Positions 19,624 to 28,919 of a stretch of 64,000 nucleotides of DNA are shown here, one piece after another. Source of the stretch: a virus; the IMG/VR virus record IMGVR_UViG_3300028559_000026, positions 12,488 to 76,487 of that record. One strand, given 5' to 3'. The translations under genes were made by a program, and so were the position numbers. Each line of letters opens with the position of its first letter. The stretch's first letter is position 1. The notes beneath the pieces are model-generated. The model had not been told where the DNA came from. It saw nothing but the letters and a program-made list of their open reading frames with translations, and did no database searches.

Positions 19624-22600
19624 CTAATCGGATGGCCGAAGCGAGCTGGTGGGATGTCCATAGTCAGCAGCCGCTGTTTCTGGTTGCTTAGACATAATTA
19701 AACCGGTCCTACCCTCTTTCCATCTCTCACCAGTAGGCGTCAACACCTTAAATCGACCAGAAGACTCAATTACAGTGCCTACTGGCAGCTTAATACGTGG
19801 TTTCTTTGGTGCATGTGGCATGGGTAAGCCAGCCTTCTCTAAATGGCTTGCGTATGCTGCTTTTAGCTTCTTTATCAATTCTGGATCTTTGGCATTAGGG
19901 GATAACTCATCCTTTAAGGTGTAGCCATACCCACCAAACTTCTCATCATACGGTCCTTCTGGTTTATCTACTGCTTTATCGCCAGACAGTACCTTAACTC
20001 CACTATGGAAAGCATGTGTCATTAAAGACTCATACATGGCAGAGCCCAGGCCCATCTTGCGATGCTCTGGATGAACCTCTGAATGTGCAATCTTTAGTAT
20101 ACCGTTATTAATAAGACCATTACAAAAACCTATATGCTTGCCATCTTTAATAACATTTGCCTCGACTTCCTTACGATTAATCCATCCTGGGACCGAGGAC
20201 TCGTGTACTACTAGGTTGTATCCAGGACTCGCCATGTGTGAATAGTCGTAGCTCTTATTGTCCTTTCCAGCTAGCTGACTAACCAATGGGTCTAGTGCCC
20301 CAACAGGAGCATCCACGGTATCGTCGTTCTCCTCGTTATCCAGAGTAGATGCAAATCTATGACCATTAGCAAAGCTATCTGTATACGACGTAGAATTAGG
20401 ATGTGACACTGTAATGTGTTTATGGTTGAGATCGCCAGTGACATGAGCACTATATCCATATGGCAAGCTATACTGTTTTCCACCATTAGCTGTACCAGTC
20501 AGTGTAGGCGTGATTAACTTTCCCACCTGATTGTTGGCTAAAGCCATTTTCGTTAATGGCTCAGACTTAGCTGTCGGCTCCAATTCATCCTTCAAGGTGT
20601 AATTATATGGTTGAAACTTGTTGTCGTACGGACCAGTTGGAACCTCATCAGCTCCTGGATATTTTTGTGGTCGGTACTTCATTCCATGCTTACGTGCCAA
20701 TGCGGCATGGGTAGCACTAGCCAAAGAGGAGTGAGTGCTACCAATAACTCTTTTATAGCCATTATGATAAGCGTGAGTCATCAACGCTTCATACATAGCA
20801 GAACCTAGACCTTTTTGGCGGTGTTTGGCATCTATACGTGCATAATCAATGGTTAGTGCTCTTTTCTTGTAATGTGGATAAGGCCCCATTTCTACGTTAG
20901 CCATTCCGCCTTCACAAAAACCCACATAATTACCGTTATGCAGGATATGTGCGGTTACTTTTTTTCCAGTATGATTGACTATCATCTTATACTCTTTGCC
21001 ATTAGGTGGCAATAGGTGTGAATAGTCATAAGCATGACTTTGTTCCAATAGAGGAATGCCGGTGTGCTTACTCACTAAATCATCAACCATAGCAGATACG
21101 ACATTACCCATATTACTCATATGAGCATCACGACCCATTTCCATAGATGACGATTCGCCGCTATACGCAATGTGTTTAAGTGGATAGATATTCTTGTCTT
21201 TGAGGGTGGTGTTGTATTCGTGGTCTGTGGGGCTTTGTCCTGGAGCATGCACTAGGGCGTTAACAAATTTACTACCACTACTTTTGGGTGCAATACTCAC
21301 AGTGTGGCCGGTAGGTAACTGATAGTTTTTACCACCATCACTAGAATCTGGTAGTGGTTTGGGCTCAATCGGTTTGCCCGGTGTATTGTCTGCCAAAGCC
21401 ATCTTTGCTAGTGGCTCTGATTTAAGGGCATAGCTGTATGGGCCAAACCTTTCATCGTATGGACCAGGAACGGACTCGCCATTTGGATTTACCTTGGGCT
21501 TGTAATTCATCCCATGTTGCTCAGCTAGTCTTTTGTGTACTGACGACGCCATAGAAGAATGTACATCGCCTTCAACATTCTTGTATCCATTATGAAAAGC
21601 ATGTGTCATTAATGCTTCATACAATGCTTTACCGAGCCCTTGTCCTCGATGATTGGGATTTAACTTGGAATGTCCAATATGCAAAGAACCATTAGTGAGG
21701 AATCCGGCACAAAAGCCGACATGCTCACCATTGCGAAGAATATGCGCTTGTATCTTAATAGGTGATAATTTAGAAAATGAATTAGATTGATGATTTAGTA
21801 AAAGAGTATATGATTTATCTGGCAGTAGATGTGAGTAGTTGTAACTGGCACGATTTAGATCTTCCGTCTTCATGCCAGTCAACGACTCCACTATGCCATG
21901 TACGGCTGTATGCAATGGACTGCTGGTGGTATTATCACTATCCATGATATTACCCTTACTGTCCTTAAAATACTTTTGGGTGAACACGTTTCCTTTCACT
22001 CTATGACGAACCAGGGCGGTAGCAACATGACTAGTACTTTCATCATGTATTTTCACTTCAGCAGTGTGATTATCTGGAAGTTGAAAGTGTTGAATATTTG
22101 CGCTTGGGGAACCATCATTGGCTAATTCTGATAAATGCGGATATTGCTCCTCAAACTTCTTCGGGACAACCACTTGACCAGTCTTATTATCAGCCAATGC
22201 CATTTTGGACAGGTCTTCTGACTTGGCTAGATCAGGCTTATTGACTTCGGGCGATAAGCTACGAGCCATATCAATGACGTTTTGGGTCAAACCAATAAGG
22301 ATTTGATATACCTCTGGTGACTTCTCTCTAAGCTGCTCTAACTCTGGAGCCTTCATTCTCATAGCCTGAAGGACTTGGGCTATCTTCTGTTTGAGCTGAT
22401 TGGATTCCTGAATAACTCTTTCAGTTTGCTCGGCATCCACCATATCTTGTTTCTGTGCATACTCGTGTAGAGCACTTTCAAAAGTGGGCGATGGGGATGG
22501 TTCTGATTTGTCAAGCTCCTTTAGCTCATTTTTCATGGATGGAGAATAGATCAGTACTCGGCCACCACCACGACCCTCTGCAGTCCTGCATGCAATTTCT

Positions 22601-22896
22601 GCATCAGCCAATGAACTACCTACACCAACAGACATAGGTGTACTAATAACTTGCTGGTATGCTTCTACACGCTCTATTAGTTCGTGTAGATGATTAGCTG
22701 GTAGTGTTGCTCTACCACCCATACTGTCAATAATGGTAATGCGACCCCCTACAGCTTCCAGCCAAGCCTTCCAGGTATTCTTAGCAGTCTCCATGGATTG
22801 ACTAGCGTTGTTCAAACCTTCGGTATCTTCACGCATAGCCATACCAGTCAGCTTCTTAGGAATTTGGTCGTTTGACCATGAAATATAAAGTTGCAT
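19624..22896 (-). CDS. Polyprotein: degenerate mCpol-like domain plus three tandem GNAT acetyltransferase units
   Basis: Three acetyl-CoA motifs (HRGQGLGKALYE, HRQKGLGSAMYE, HRKMGLGSAMYE), each unit opening with KSE-x-L-x-KMALA[DN]N. Confidence 0.85.
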   Translation of the reverse strand: MQLYISWSNDQIPKKLTGMAMREDTEGLNNASQSMETAKNTWKAWLEAVGGRITIIDSMGGRATLPANHLHELIERVEAYQQVISTPMSVGVGSSLADAEIACRTAEGRGGGRVLIYSPSMKNELKELDKSEPSPSPTFESALHEYAQKQDMVDAEQTERVIQESNQLKQKIAQVLQAMRMKAPELEQLREKSPEVYQILIGLTQNVIDMARSLSPEVNKPDLAKSEDLSKMALADNKTGQVVVPKKFEEQYPHLSELANDGSPSANIQHFQLPDNHTAEVKIHDESTSHVATALVRHRVKGNVFTQKYFKDSKGNIMDSDNTTSSPLHTAVHGIVESLTGMKTEDLNRASYNYSHLLPDKSYTLLLNHQSNSFSKLSPIKIQAHILRNGEHVGFCAGFLTNGSLHIGHSKLNPNHRGQGLGKALYEALMTHAFHNGYKNVEGDVHSSMASSVHKRLAEQHGMNYKPKVNPNGESVPGPYDERFGPYSYALKSEPLAKMALADNTPGKPIEPKPLPDSSDGGKNYQLPTGHTVSIAPKSSGSKFVNALVHAPGQSPTDHEYNTTLKDKNIYPLKHIAYSGESSSMEMGRDAHMSNMGNVVSAMVDDLVSKHTGIPLLEQSHAYDYSHLLPPNGKEYKMIVNHTGKKVTAHILHNGNYVGFCEGGMANVEMGPYPHYKKRALTIDYARIDAKHRQKGLGSAMYEALMTHAYHNGYKRVIGSTHSSLASATHAALARKHGMKYRPQKYPGADEVPTGPYDNKFQPYNYTLKDELEPTAKSEPLTKMALANNQVGKLITPTLTGTANGGKQYSLPYGYSAHVTGDLNHKHITVSHPNSTSYTDSFANGHRFASTLDNEENDDTVDAPVGALDPLVSQLAGKDNKSYDYSHMASPGYNLVVHESSVPGWINRKEVEANVIKDGKHIGFCNGLINNGILKIAHSEVHPEHRKMGLGSAMYESLMTHAFHSGVKVLSGDKAVDKPEGPYDEKFGGYGYTLKDELSPNAKDPELIKKLKAAYASHLEKAGLPMPHAPKKPRIKLPVGTVIESSGRFKVLTPTGERWKEGRTGLIMSKQPETAAADYGHPTSSLRPSD

Positions 22897-22944
22897 AAAT
22901 TGAAGATTGCTTTCTCGCGGTATTTAATAGCAGGAGGACCGACG

Positions 22945-23424
22945 ATGCAGACACCAAAGTTTGAGACAAAGGATTCTGGAAGTAAGGATAAGACGGCCAC
23001 GGGCGCTAAACGCGATTCAGAGGCTGGCAAGGGTCGCCCTGACCTACTGCCATGGGAGTGGATCGAAAAGCTGTCTCAAGCAATGGAGAACGCAGATCCA
23101 GACGCTTTAGAAGGGCTGAAGCTGGTACCTGTAAGCTGGCTGATTCGGCTGGCTAGTTTGTACGGGCGTGGTGCTAAGAAGTACGGTGCCAATAATTGGA
23201 GGAAAGGTTTTCCACTAAGCCGGACATTTTCATCTATGATGCGGCACGCAATGAAATGGGCTCAGGGCTGGAATGATGAGGACCACCTGATCGCTGTCAT
23301 TTGGAATGCCATCACTATTATTGAGACGGAATATATGATTGATGCCCCTGCGTCAGTTATTCCTAAAGAGTATGCAGATTTTGGTCCTAATAAACCCAGG
23401 CTGAAAGAGGATGTAGGAGAGTAA
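22945..23424 (+). CDS. dATP/dGTP diphosphohydrolase-like protein (DUF5664-type)
   Basis: [37 protein letters not shown]; SD AGGAGG before ATG 22945. Confidence 0.82.
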   Translation: MQTPKFETKDSGSKDKTATGAKRDSEAGKGRPDLLPWEWIEKLSQAMENADPDALEGLKLVPVSWLIRLASLYGRGAKKYGANNWRKGFPLSRTFSSMMRHAMKWAQGWNDEDHLIAVIWNAITIIETEYMIDAPASVIPKEYADFGPNKPRLKEDVGE

Positions 23425-23426
23425 GA

Positions 23427-23870
23427 ATGGATACCCCAATTAAGATCAAGAAACTGCGTGATAATGCTCAAATCCCTCAGTACCAGACCGCTGGTTCTGC
23501 TGGTGCCGATCTAGTGTTTGCACCAGAAAACCGCCATGCCGTTGCAATGCTAGATCCTATGGACCGATTTCTGCTAGAAACAGGTCTGTCAGTAGAGATT
23601 CCACCTGGATACGAAATCCAGATTCGACCGCGTAGTGGTCTAGCTAACAAGTATGGTATTACTGTCCTTAACTCTCCTGGCACTATTGATAGTGATTATC
23701 GGGGAGAAATCAAAGTATTGCTCGTTAACCTGGGCGATACACCAGCCATTATCAATCCTGGTGATAGAATTGCACAAATGGTGGTAGCTATGGTACCACG
23801 AGCTATGTTTGTTGAGACTGAACTAGAGGAGTCGGTAAGGGGCGCTGGGGGATTTGGTAGTACTGGTTAG
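23427..23870 (+). CDS. dut: Trimeric dUTPase
   Basis: [37 protein letters not shown]. Confidence 0.97.
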   Translation: MDTPIKIKKLRDNAQIPQYQTAGSAGADLVFAPENRHAVAMLDPMDRFLLETGLSVEIPPGYEIQIRPRSGLANKYGITVLNSPGTIDSDYRGEIKVLLVNLGDTPAIINPGDRIAQMVVAMVPRAMFVETELEESVRGAGGFGSTG

Positions 23871-24583
23871 ACTCTCTTCAAATTCTTCACATTGATATGT
23901 CGATATGGATGCTTCTTTACGTACTCCTGATATTCAGAATCACCCTGGTATCCAGCCATCTGTTGTGGGCTATCGCGGCGTTCACTTACTGCGACGTGCC
24001 CCGCCCTGCCACACATATCACAGTCGCACTGTTGAACAGTCCAGGTTTTGCTTCCATCAGCGCCCTTAGCTTGGCCAGTAGAAGCCAGGAAATTGGGAGT
24101 TAGGCGTACTTTGGCACCCACAGCAATGGGTGCTGATTTGTCTTGACCTTTAGATAGCTTTACAACATCAACCAATAGCTTGGCTAGTGGTAGAATTTGA
24201 TTAAGTTCGCTGCGGAGCAGTGGTAGTTGGTCGGCTGCATGTGCCATAAATTTCACCCTTTTCTGATTAATATCCGGTATTACTTGCTTGACTTCTGGTG
24301 GAACAGGTCCTGCCGGGTTATGTCCTAGAGCCCTCATATAAACATCATACATCATCTTGTGTTCTTTGGATGATGGGTCTGCAACTGCTGATGCTGCAGT
24401 AAAAGCCTTCCAGTGATGTGCTGCAGCTTCAATATAGTTCTTGACCCTGTACGATTTGTATGCCTTCTCTTCGGCGTCCTGGCGTGGCATGTTCTGCCCA
24501 AATTCAAGCTCAGCAGCATGGCGGTCTAGGTGTTCCGCATGTTTCGGGTCTAGTATATCCTTGCCTCTCCATTGGGTAAGCAT
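23867..24583 (-). CDS. Hypothetical head-region protein
   Basis: 238 aa; contains [16 protein letters not shown] module shared with 27089-27349. Confidence 0.7.
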   Translation of the reverse strand: MLTQWRGKDILDPKHAEHLDRHAAELEFGQNMPRQDAEEKAYKSYRVKNYIEAAAHHWKAFTAASAVADPSSKEHKMMYDVYMRALGHNPAGPVPPEVKQVIPDINQKRVKFMAHAADQLPLLRSELNQILPLAKLLVDVVKLSKGQDKSAPIAVGAKVRLTPNFLASTGQAKGADGSKTWTVQQCDCDMCGRAGHVAVSERRDSPQQMAGYQGDSEYQEYVKKHPYRHINVKNLKRV

Positions 24584-25365
24584 TATCTTAGCTCCAAAGC
24601 AAGCATCATTAACGCTTCCGTGTCTTTGGGTGCTGTCAAGATAAATCCGTCTGTCGTAGGGGTTGTGGTTGCATGCTTAGCTAGTTCAGAGTAGCAGAAG
24701 CACCCCACAAACTTACCAGCCTTAAATCGGGTAGTCTTACATAGCTTACATTCCTGCATAGACTGACTCTTTGTTACCTTAACAGTCTTACCTGGAATAG
24801 CACCTTTCTTTGGTGTTTGGGTAGCTACACTCTTAGGGGCTACTGGTGCCATTGCGTTCGTGGCGTTTGCGGGTGGGTTAGCGTTTGTTGGCTTGGCAGT
24901 GGTGCCCTTGGGTTCTGCCTTACCGATCTGCAGTTTGTGGAGAGGGGACTTTTGCATGACACTACGCACTGCCGCACGATTCTCATTCTTGATTACTGTA
25001 CCAATCATCTGATCAAGCGATTTGCCTAGCTTGACGATATCTTCTGATTTAGCCATCACGTCAGGAATTTCAGCTCCTAGACTGATCGAGACGTATGCAC
25101 CAATCTCCATCGCCGACTTCTGGCTATACTCCAACACCTTGCCATTTAGAGTGGCTGAGCCCGTATATAGACCATTAGTCCTTTCAAACTTAATCATATT
25201 CTTGGTGCCGGGTACCAAGCCTTCATACCTTTCACCTACTGCACCGATCCATGACAGAATAGCTCTTGGCAGTAACACAGCACCAAGCTGGGAATGTTTC
25301 CTAACCACACTCTCTAGCGCTTCTGAACAATGTTTACCCAGCAAAGCCTCTAAAAATACATTCAT
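24583..25365 (-). CDS. Hypothetical head-region protein with C-terminal Cys cluster
   Basis: MAKSED, LGKSLD, IGKAEP motifs; CKLC...CFC; start taken at ATG 25365. Confidence 0.7.
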   Translation of the reverse strand: MNVFLEALLGKHCSEALESVVRKHSQLGAVLLPRAILSWIGAVGERYEGLVPGTKNMIKFERTNGLYTGSATLNGKVLEYSQKSAMEIGAYVSISLGAEIPDVMAKSEDIVKLGKSLDQMIGTVIKNENRAAVRSVMQKSPLHKLQIGKAEPKGTTAKPTNANPPANATNAMAPVAPKSVATQTPKKGAIPGKTVKVTKSQSMQECKLCKTTRFKAGKFVGCFCYSELAKHATTTPTTDGFILTAPKDTEALMMLALELR

Positions 25366-25523
25366 GATAAACAATAGATTGACTTTCTGTGCTATACTTA
25401 TTTCAATGATTGATATTATGATAGCTATGCCATCTATTGTATGGTTGGTGATTATACCAACCGCAATGGCTATATGCTGGTGGGTGGTGGTTAAAACGTC
25501 TTCTATGCTCGAAAGGAAATTTC

Positions 25524-25946
25524 ATGCGACCAGAATGGAATAAGTATTTTATAGATATGGCAGTAGTGGTATCCAGTAGAGCAAGCTGTCCAAGACGTTC
25601 TGTTGGCTGTCTGATTGTAAGTGTTGATCATCGAATCCTGGGAAGCGGTTATAATGGCGCCCCAGCTCACCTACCACATTGCATTGATCTTGGGTGTGAT
25701 TTGGTTGAGGGTCATTGTGTACGAGCCAATCATGCTGAAACTAATGCTATTTCACATGCAGCTAAATATGGCGTGTCCATTAATGGTGCTTCAGCCTATA
25801 TTACTACATATCCGTGCTGGCCTTGTTTCAGACAATTGATCTCTGCGGGAATTAAGAAGGTGGTGTTTAAGGATATCTATAGACCAGATGAGCGTGTGGC
25901 TAATGCGGCTAGATTAGCTGGTGTGCATATTGAAATGCTAGCGTGA
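25524..25946 (+). CDS. dCMP deaminase
   Basis: SGYNG, HAETNA, PCWPC; SD AAGGA. Confidence 0.95.
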   Translation: MRPEWNKYFIDMAVVVSSRASCPRRSVGCLIVSVDHRILGSGYNGAPAHLPHCIDLGCDLVEGHCVRANHAETNAISHAAKYGVSINGASAYITTYPCWPCFRQLISAGIKKVVFKDIYRPDERVANAARLAGVHIEMLA

Positions 25947-26768
25947 ACCGAAGTCTAGTGTTTCTTTGGGCGGTCTTACCTGTCTAGCTTTGTTTGAGTT
26001 TGCTACAGCCAATTCATCGTTATCTTGATTTTCAAAGAAAAACTCTCTCTGAATCACTGCAAACTGCGGCATCTTGGTAACTTGCTTAGTGCCATTCAAA
26101 TAGTCCTCTTCTGAGGAGCCTACGCGGATTTCATGTGGCAGATGGACAATATACCAATAAGGATGGTATGTGTAACGAATACTGTATACTGTGCCACGGT
26201 TTTCATCTGCAATGAATCTAGGCTGCCTAGAGCCCCAGCGTATACGACCATCCACAACAGAAAAGTCTACACCCTCTGCATACCTTTCCATGTCTGCATC
26301 AATCAGGTCGATAACTTTGCTAACTGGAAAATTCAGCTTATCAGTGCCGGACATACCAACTTCGGCAAGTTGCCAAAACGGGACTGTAATACCGTCCTCA
26401 TCTAGATATAGGCGGTCAAATGGTGCCACCATAACCAGTTCCATGCTCTCATCATAATGTCTTGGAACAGTAATGCTGGCAGAGGCTGAGTTAATCAAGC
26501 CTGGGTCATCCGATCGAGACGACATAGAGTTACCAGTGAAAAGACAGGTGATGCGGCCTGCCATAGTGTAGAGATAGCCGTTAGAGCATCCAGAGTGGTC
26601 TGGGTGAGGTCTACGAATATCCTTTGGATCTACTAGGCCAACAGGGCATTTCATGGCTCTCCAATGTTTGAATTGGACACCATGATTTTTGATAGCAGCA
26701 TCAAATGCCGCTACATCAAATCGCACTTCTTTCTCAGGTAAGTCTATTTGCCAAACAGGGTCTGCCAT
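25938..26768 (-). CDS. Head closure / neck protein (putative)
   Basis: WRAMKCP...CSNGYLY and YSIRYTYHPYWYI..LPHEIR as in SPO1-like neck proteins. Confidence 0.6.
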   Translation of the reverse strand: MADPVWQIDLPEKEVRFDVAAFDAAIKNHGVQFKHWRAMKCPVGLVDPKDIRRPHPDHSGCSNGYLYTMAGRITCLFTGNSMSSRSDDPGLINSASASITVPRHYDESMELVMVAPFDRLYLDEDGITVPFWQLAEVGMSGTDKLNFPVSKVIDLIDADMERYAEGVDFSVVDGRIRWGSRQPRFIADENRGTVYSIRYTYHPYWYIVHLPHEIRVGSSEEDYLNGTKQVTKMPQFAVIQREFFFENQDNDELAVANSNKARQVRPPKETLDFGSR

Positions 26769-27079
26769 TGTCCTGGATACTCCCCTTGCAATTTCCTGGT
26801 AAGCACTCTAGCGTCTGGTAGGTATTCGGCCATCTCATGGATTGACAGCGAGTCTGATTTAAGTAGCTTATCCACCACCATATTGGGTTCAGCCTTTTCA
26901 GCCAAGAAACGTGCAATACCAATATGAGGACCAGCTCCAAGAGTGCGATAAGTGCCCTTGTCTTTCTGGACGGCGACTACCATGTGTAGTCCACCGCTGG
27001 TAGCTATATGAAAAACGTCGGCATCATCCAGATGTCCGATTCGCTGTTTGGTGGAGATATGCTTTTTTTCTAGGTTCAT
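26744..27079 (-). CDS. Hypothetical protein
   Basis: 111 aa ORF in the late operon; LLKSD motif. Confidence 0.65.
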   Translation of the reverse strand: MNLEKKHISTKQRIGHLDDADVFHIATSGGLHMVVAVQKDKGTYRTLGAGPHIGIARFLAEKAEPNMVVDKLLKSDSLSIHEMAEYLPDARVLTRKLQGEYPGQWQTLFGK

Positions 27080-27088
27080 TTTGCAATC

Positions 27089-27349
27089 CTACGGTCTGTT
27101 ATAAATGCCCTTGACAGATTGATATGGCGTATACCACCCTTTAGGTTTTGGGGCCGCTGCATGCTTGATTTGGTCATGTTTTGGGTCGTTATGCTTCCAG
27201 GAAAAGGAATCGGAATGGAATGTAATTTTCCCCTTGCATTCATGGCATGGAGATACATCACCATTACGTGGCTCTGCTTTGGATAGCTTCATCACGTCAA
27301 GTAATAGTCGGGCTAGTGGGAGTACTTCTTGTAATTGATTAGATACCAT
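27089..27349 (-). CDS. Small protein with LPLARLLLDVMKLSKAE leader
   Basis: AATCT-N7-ATG(27349); leader shared with 23867-24583. Confidence 0.65.
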   Translation of the reverse strand: MVSNQLQEVLPLARLLLDVMKLSKAEPRNGDVSPCHECKGKITFHSDSFSWKHNDPKHDQIKHAAAPKPKGWYTPYQSVKGIYNRP

Positions 27350-27445
27350 AAAAAAGAGATTGTTATGCGTAAAGCCGCTTCTGTCTTGATGTAATCTACA
27401 AAATCTACATTAACATAACAACTGAATCCTTCTAATCTCTTATAG

Positions 27446-27655
27446 ATGAAGGGTCGCATTAACGGTCTGGTGCGTTATGTACCAGAAGCTCGGAAATGTA
27501 GCACACACGGTATCACAGCACATCTGTGCGATGTGATATGTCAGTGCGGCCACAAGTGTCGTAGTCATCGGCGTAATCATCCACGTCAATGCCTATTTTA
27601 TGCTTTACCACATAAGTCGTGTAGATGTACGAGATTTATGGGTAAAATTATTTAA
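27446..27655 (+). CDS. Cys/His-rich small protein
   Basis: AATCT(27434-27438)-N7-ATG; CQCGH...C...CRC. Confidence 0.6.
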   Translation: MKGRINGLVRYVPEARKCSTHGITAHLCDVICQCGHKCRSHRRNHPRQCLFYALPHKSCRCTRFMGKII

Positions 27656-28919
27656 CCCACAACATATTAATACTCAAATCCAGGTCTGCCAGTGGCAATA
27701 GCTTGACTGTTTTGATACGGTCAAGCACTTCATTAGGCTGTAGATGATACATGGTAATAGTTTTAGATACTTTGTCTGTATCTATCTGATTAATCCATTG
27801 GTATATCTCGGTGATTGCCATCTGGTTAGTGCGTGGCATTATCTTGGCCTTATCCTCTAAGGATAGGTTATTGAACTTAGACAACGCCCATGCACGTAGA
27901 TAGAACGGGACGAATGAATACTTATCTCGTGCTGGATCAAAACCTTCTCTGAAAGTCGCCCCATGGTCGATAAGTGCCACTTTCTTTTCATGCGACACCA
28001 TCATATTACGGCCATGTCTATCAGGATTAGCTAGTATCCAATCAAGAACAGCCCAACGATGTAGTGCCCCACTATCCAGGTATGGCTTTAGGGCAAGTCT
28101 TGATAGTCCTGGGTTGCTTTCCTCTTCATCTTCCAGCAGATGGAAAGTATTGTTAAGCATTTTGATAGCTGCCATTTTATTGACACCAATCTGGAGCCAA
28201 TCAGCCTTTGGTATGTATTGACCTAGAGCTAATTCCTCTGCCACATAGTAAAAGGCGGCTTCTTTTTGTGCCTGTCCCGAGCTGTCGTCTGGCTTAAGAA
28301 AGAATGTGGTTTGTGTTTCTGGATCGGTACCAACCATAGCGCCAGTCGAGTGCTTGCCATGAAAGGACGCTGTAAAGACCTTATTGTCATTAAAGGCCCT
28401 GGTTAAGGCCTCTGCGGAATCCTTACCCTCCGGTACTACTGATAGAGCAGATATTGGCTCTACTTCTTGTTTGACTGATGCCTCTGGCACTCTATTAGAA
28501 ATATTGATCCATGCAGCCACCGCCTTGACATTTTCGTCCGAAACGGGCTGTTTGTATGCTTGCAGTGCGGCCTTCTTACTATCACCATCCTCATCCCATA
28601 AGAATGCGCGCATTTCATCATTACTGATGGGCTTGCCATTAGTCATGAATCGCACTGCTTCAAAAGCCTTGTCTTTGTCTAATATCTCATTCTTTATCAA
28701 TTCAGGCTCTACATCAGACAATAGGCCGTCATCCTCTTCAATATGAAGATCAAACATCTGCTGTGCTGAAACTATATGTAGCAAATCAATCAATGTTGTT
28801 TCGCTACCATATTGCGATAGCCATGGCATTTCAATCATTAGTTGATTGCGGATATCCTCCGATGTACCCTCTATCGGGGTGGATGTATCGAGATACACAT
28901 TATGTAGGATTATTTTCAT
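27648..28919 (-). CDS. HipA / PI3-PI4-kinase-like protein
   Basis: FFLKP, KEAAFY, DWILANPDRHGRNMM, LIDHG. Confidence 0.85.
   Translation of the reverse strand: MKIILHNVYLDTSTPIEGTSEDIRNQLMIEMPWLSQYGSETTLIDLLHIVSAQQMFDLHIEEDDGLLSDVEPELIKNEILDKDKAFEAVRFMTNGKPISNDEMRAFLWDEDGDSKKAALQAYKQPVSDENVKAVAAWINISNRVPEASVKQEVEPISALSVVPEGKDSAEALTRAFNDNKVFTASFHGKHSTGAMVGTDPETQTTFFLKPDDSSGQAQKEAAFYYVAEELALGQYIPKADWLQIGVNKMAAIKMLNNTFHLLEDEEESNPGLSRLALKPYLDSGALHRWAVLDWILANPDRHGRNMMVSHEKKVALIDHGATFREGFDPARDKYSFVPFYLRAWALSKFNNLSLEDKAKIMPRTNQMAITEIYQWINQIDTDKVSKTITMYHLQPNEVLDRIKTVKLLPLADLDLSINMLWVK

Noticed and set aside
22891-22944. TTG start for the diphosphohydrolase overlapping the GNAT gene start
   Set aside because: AGGAGG-led ATG at 22945 is a much better start
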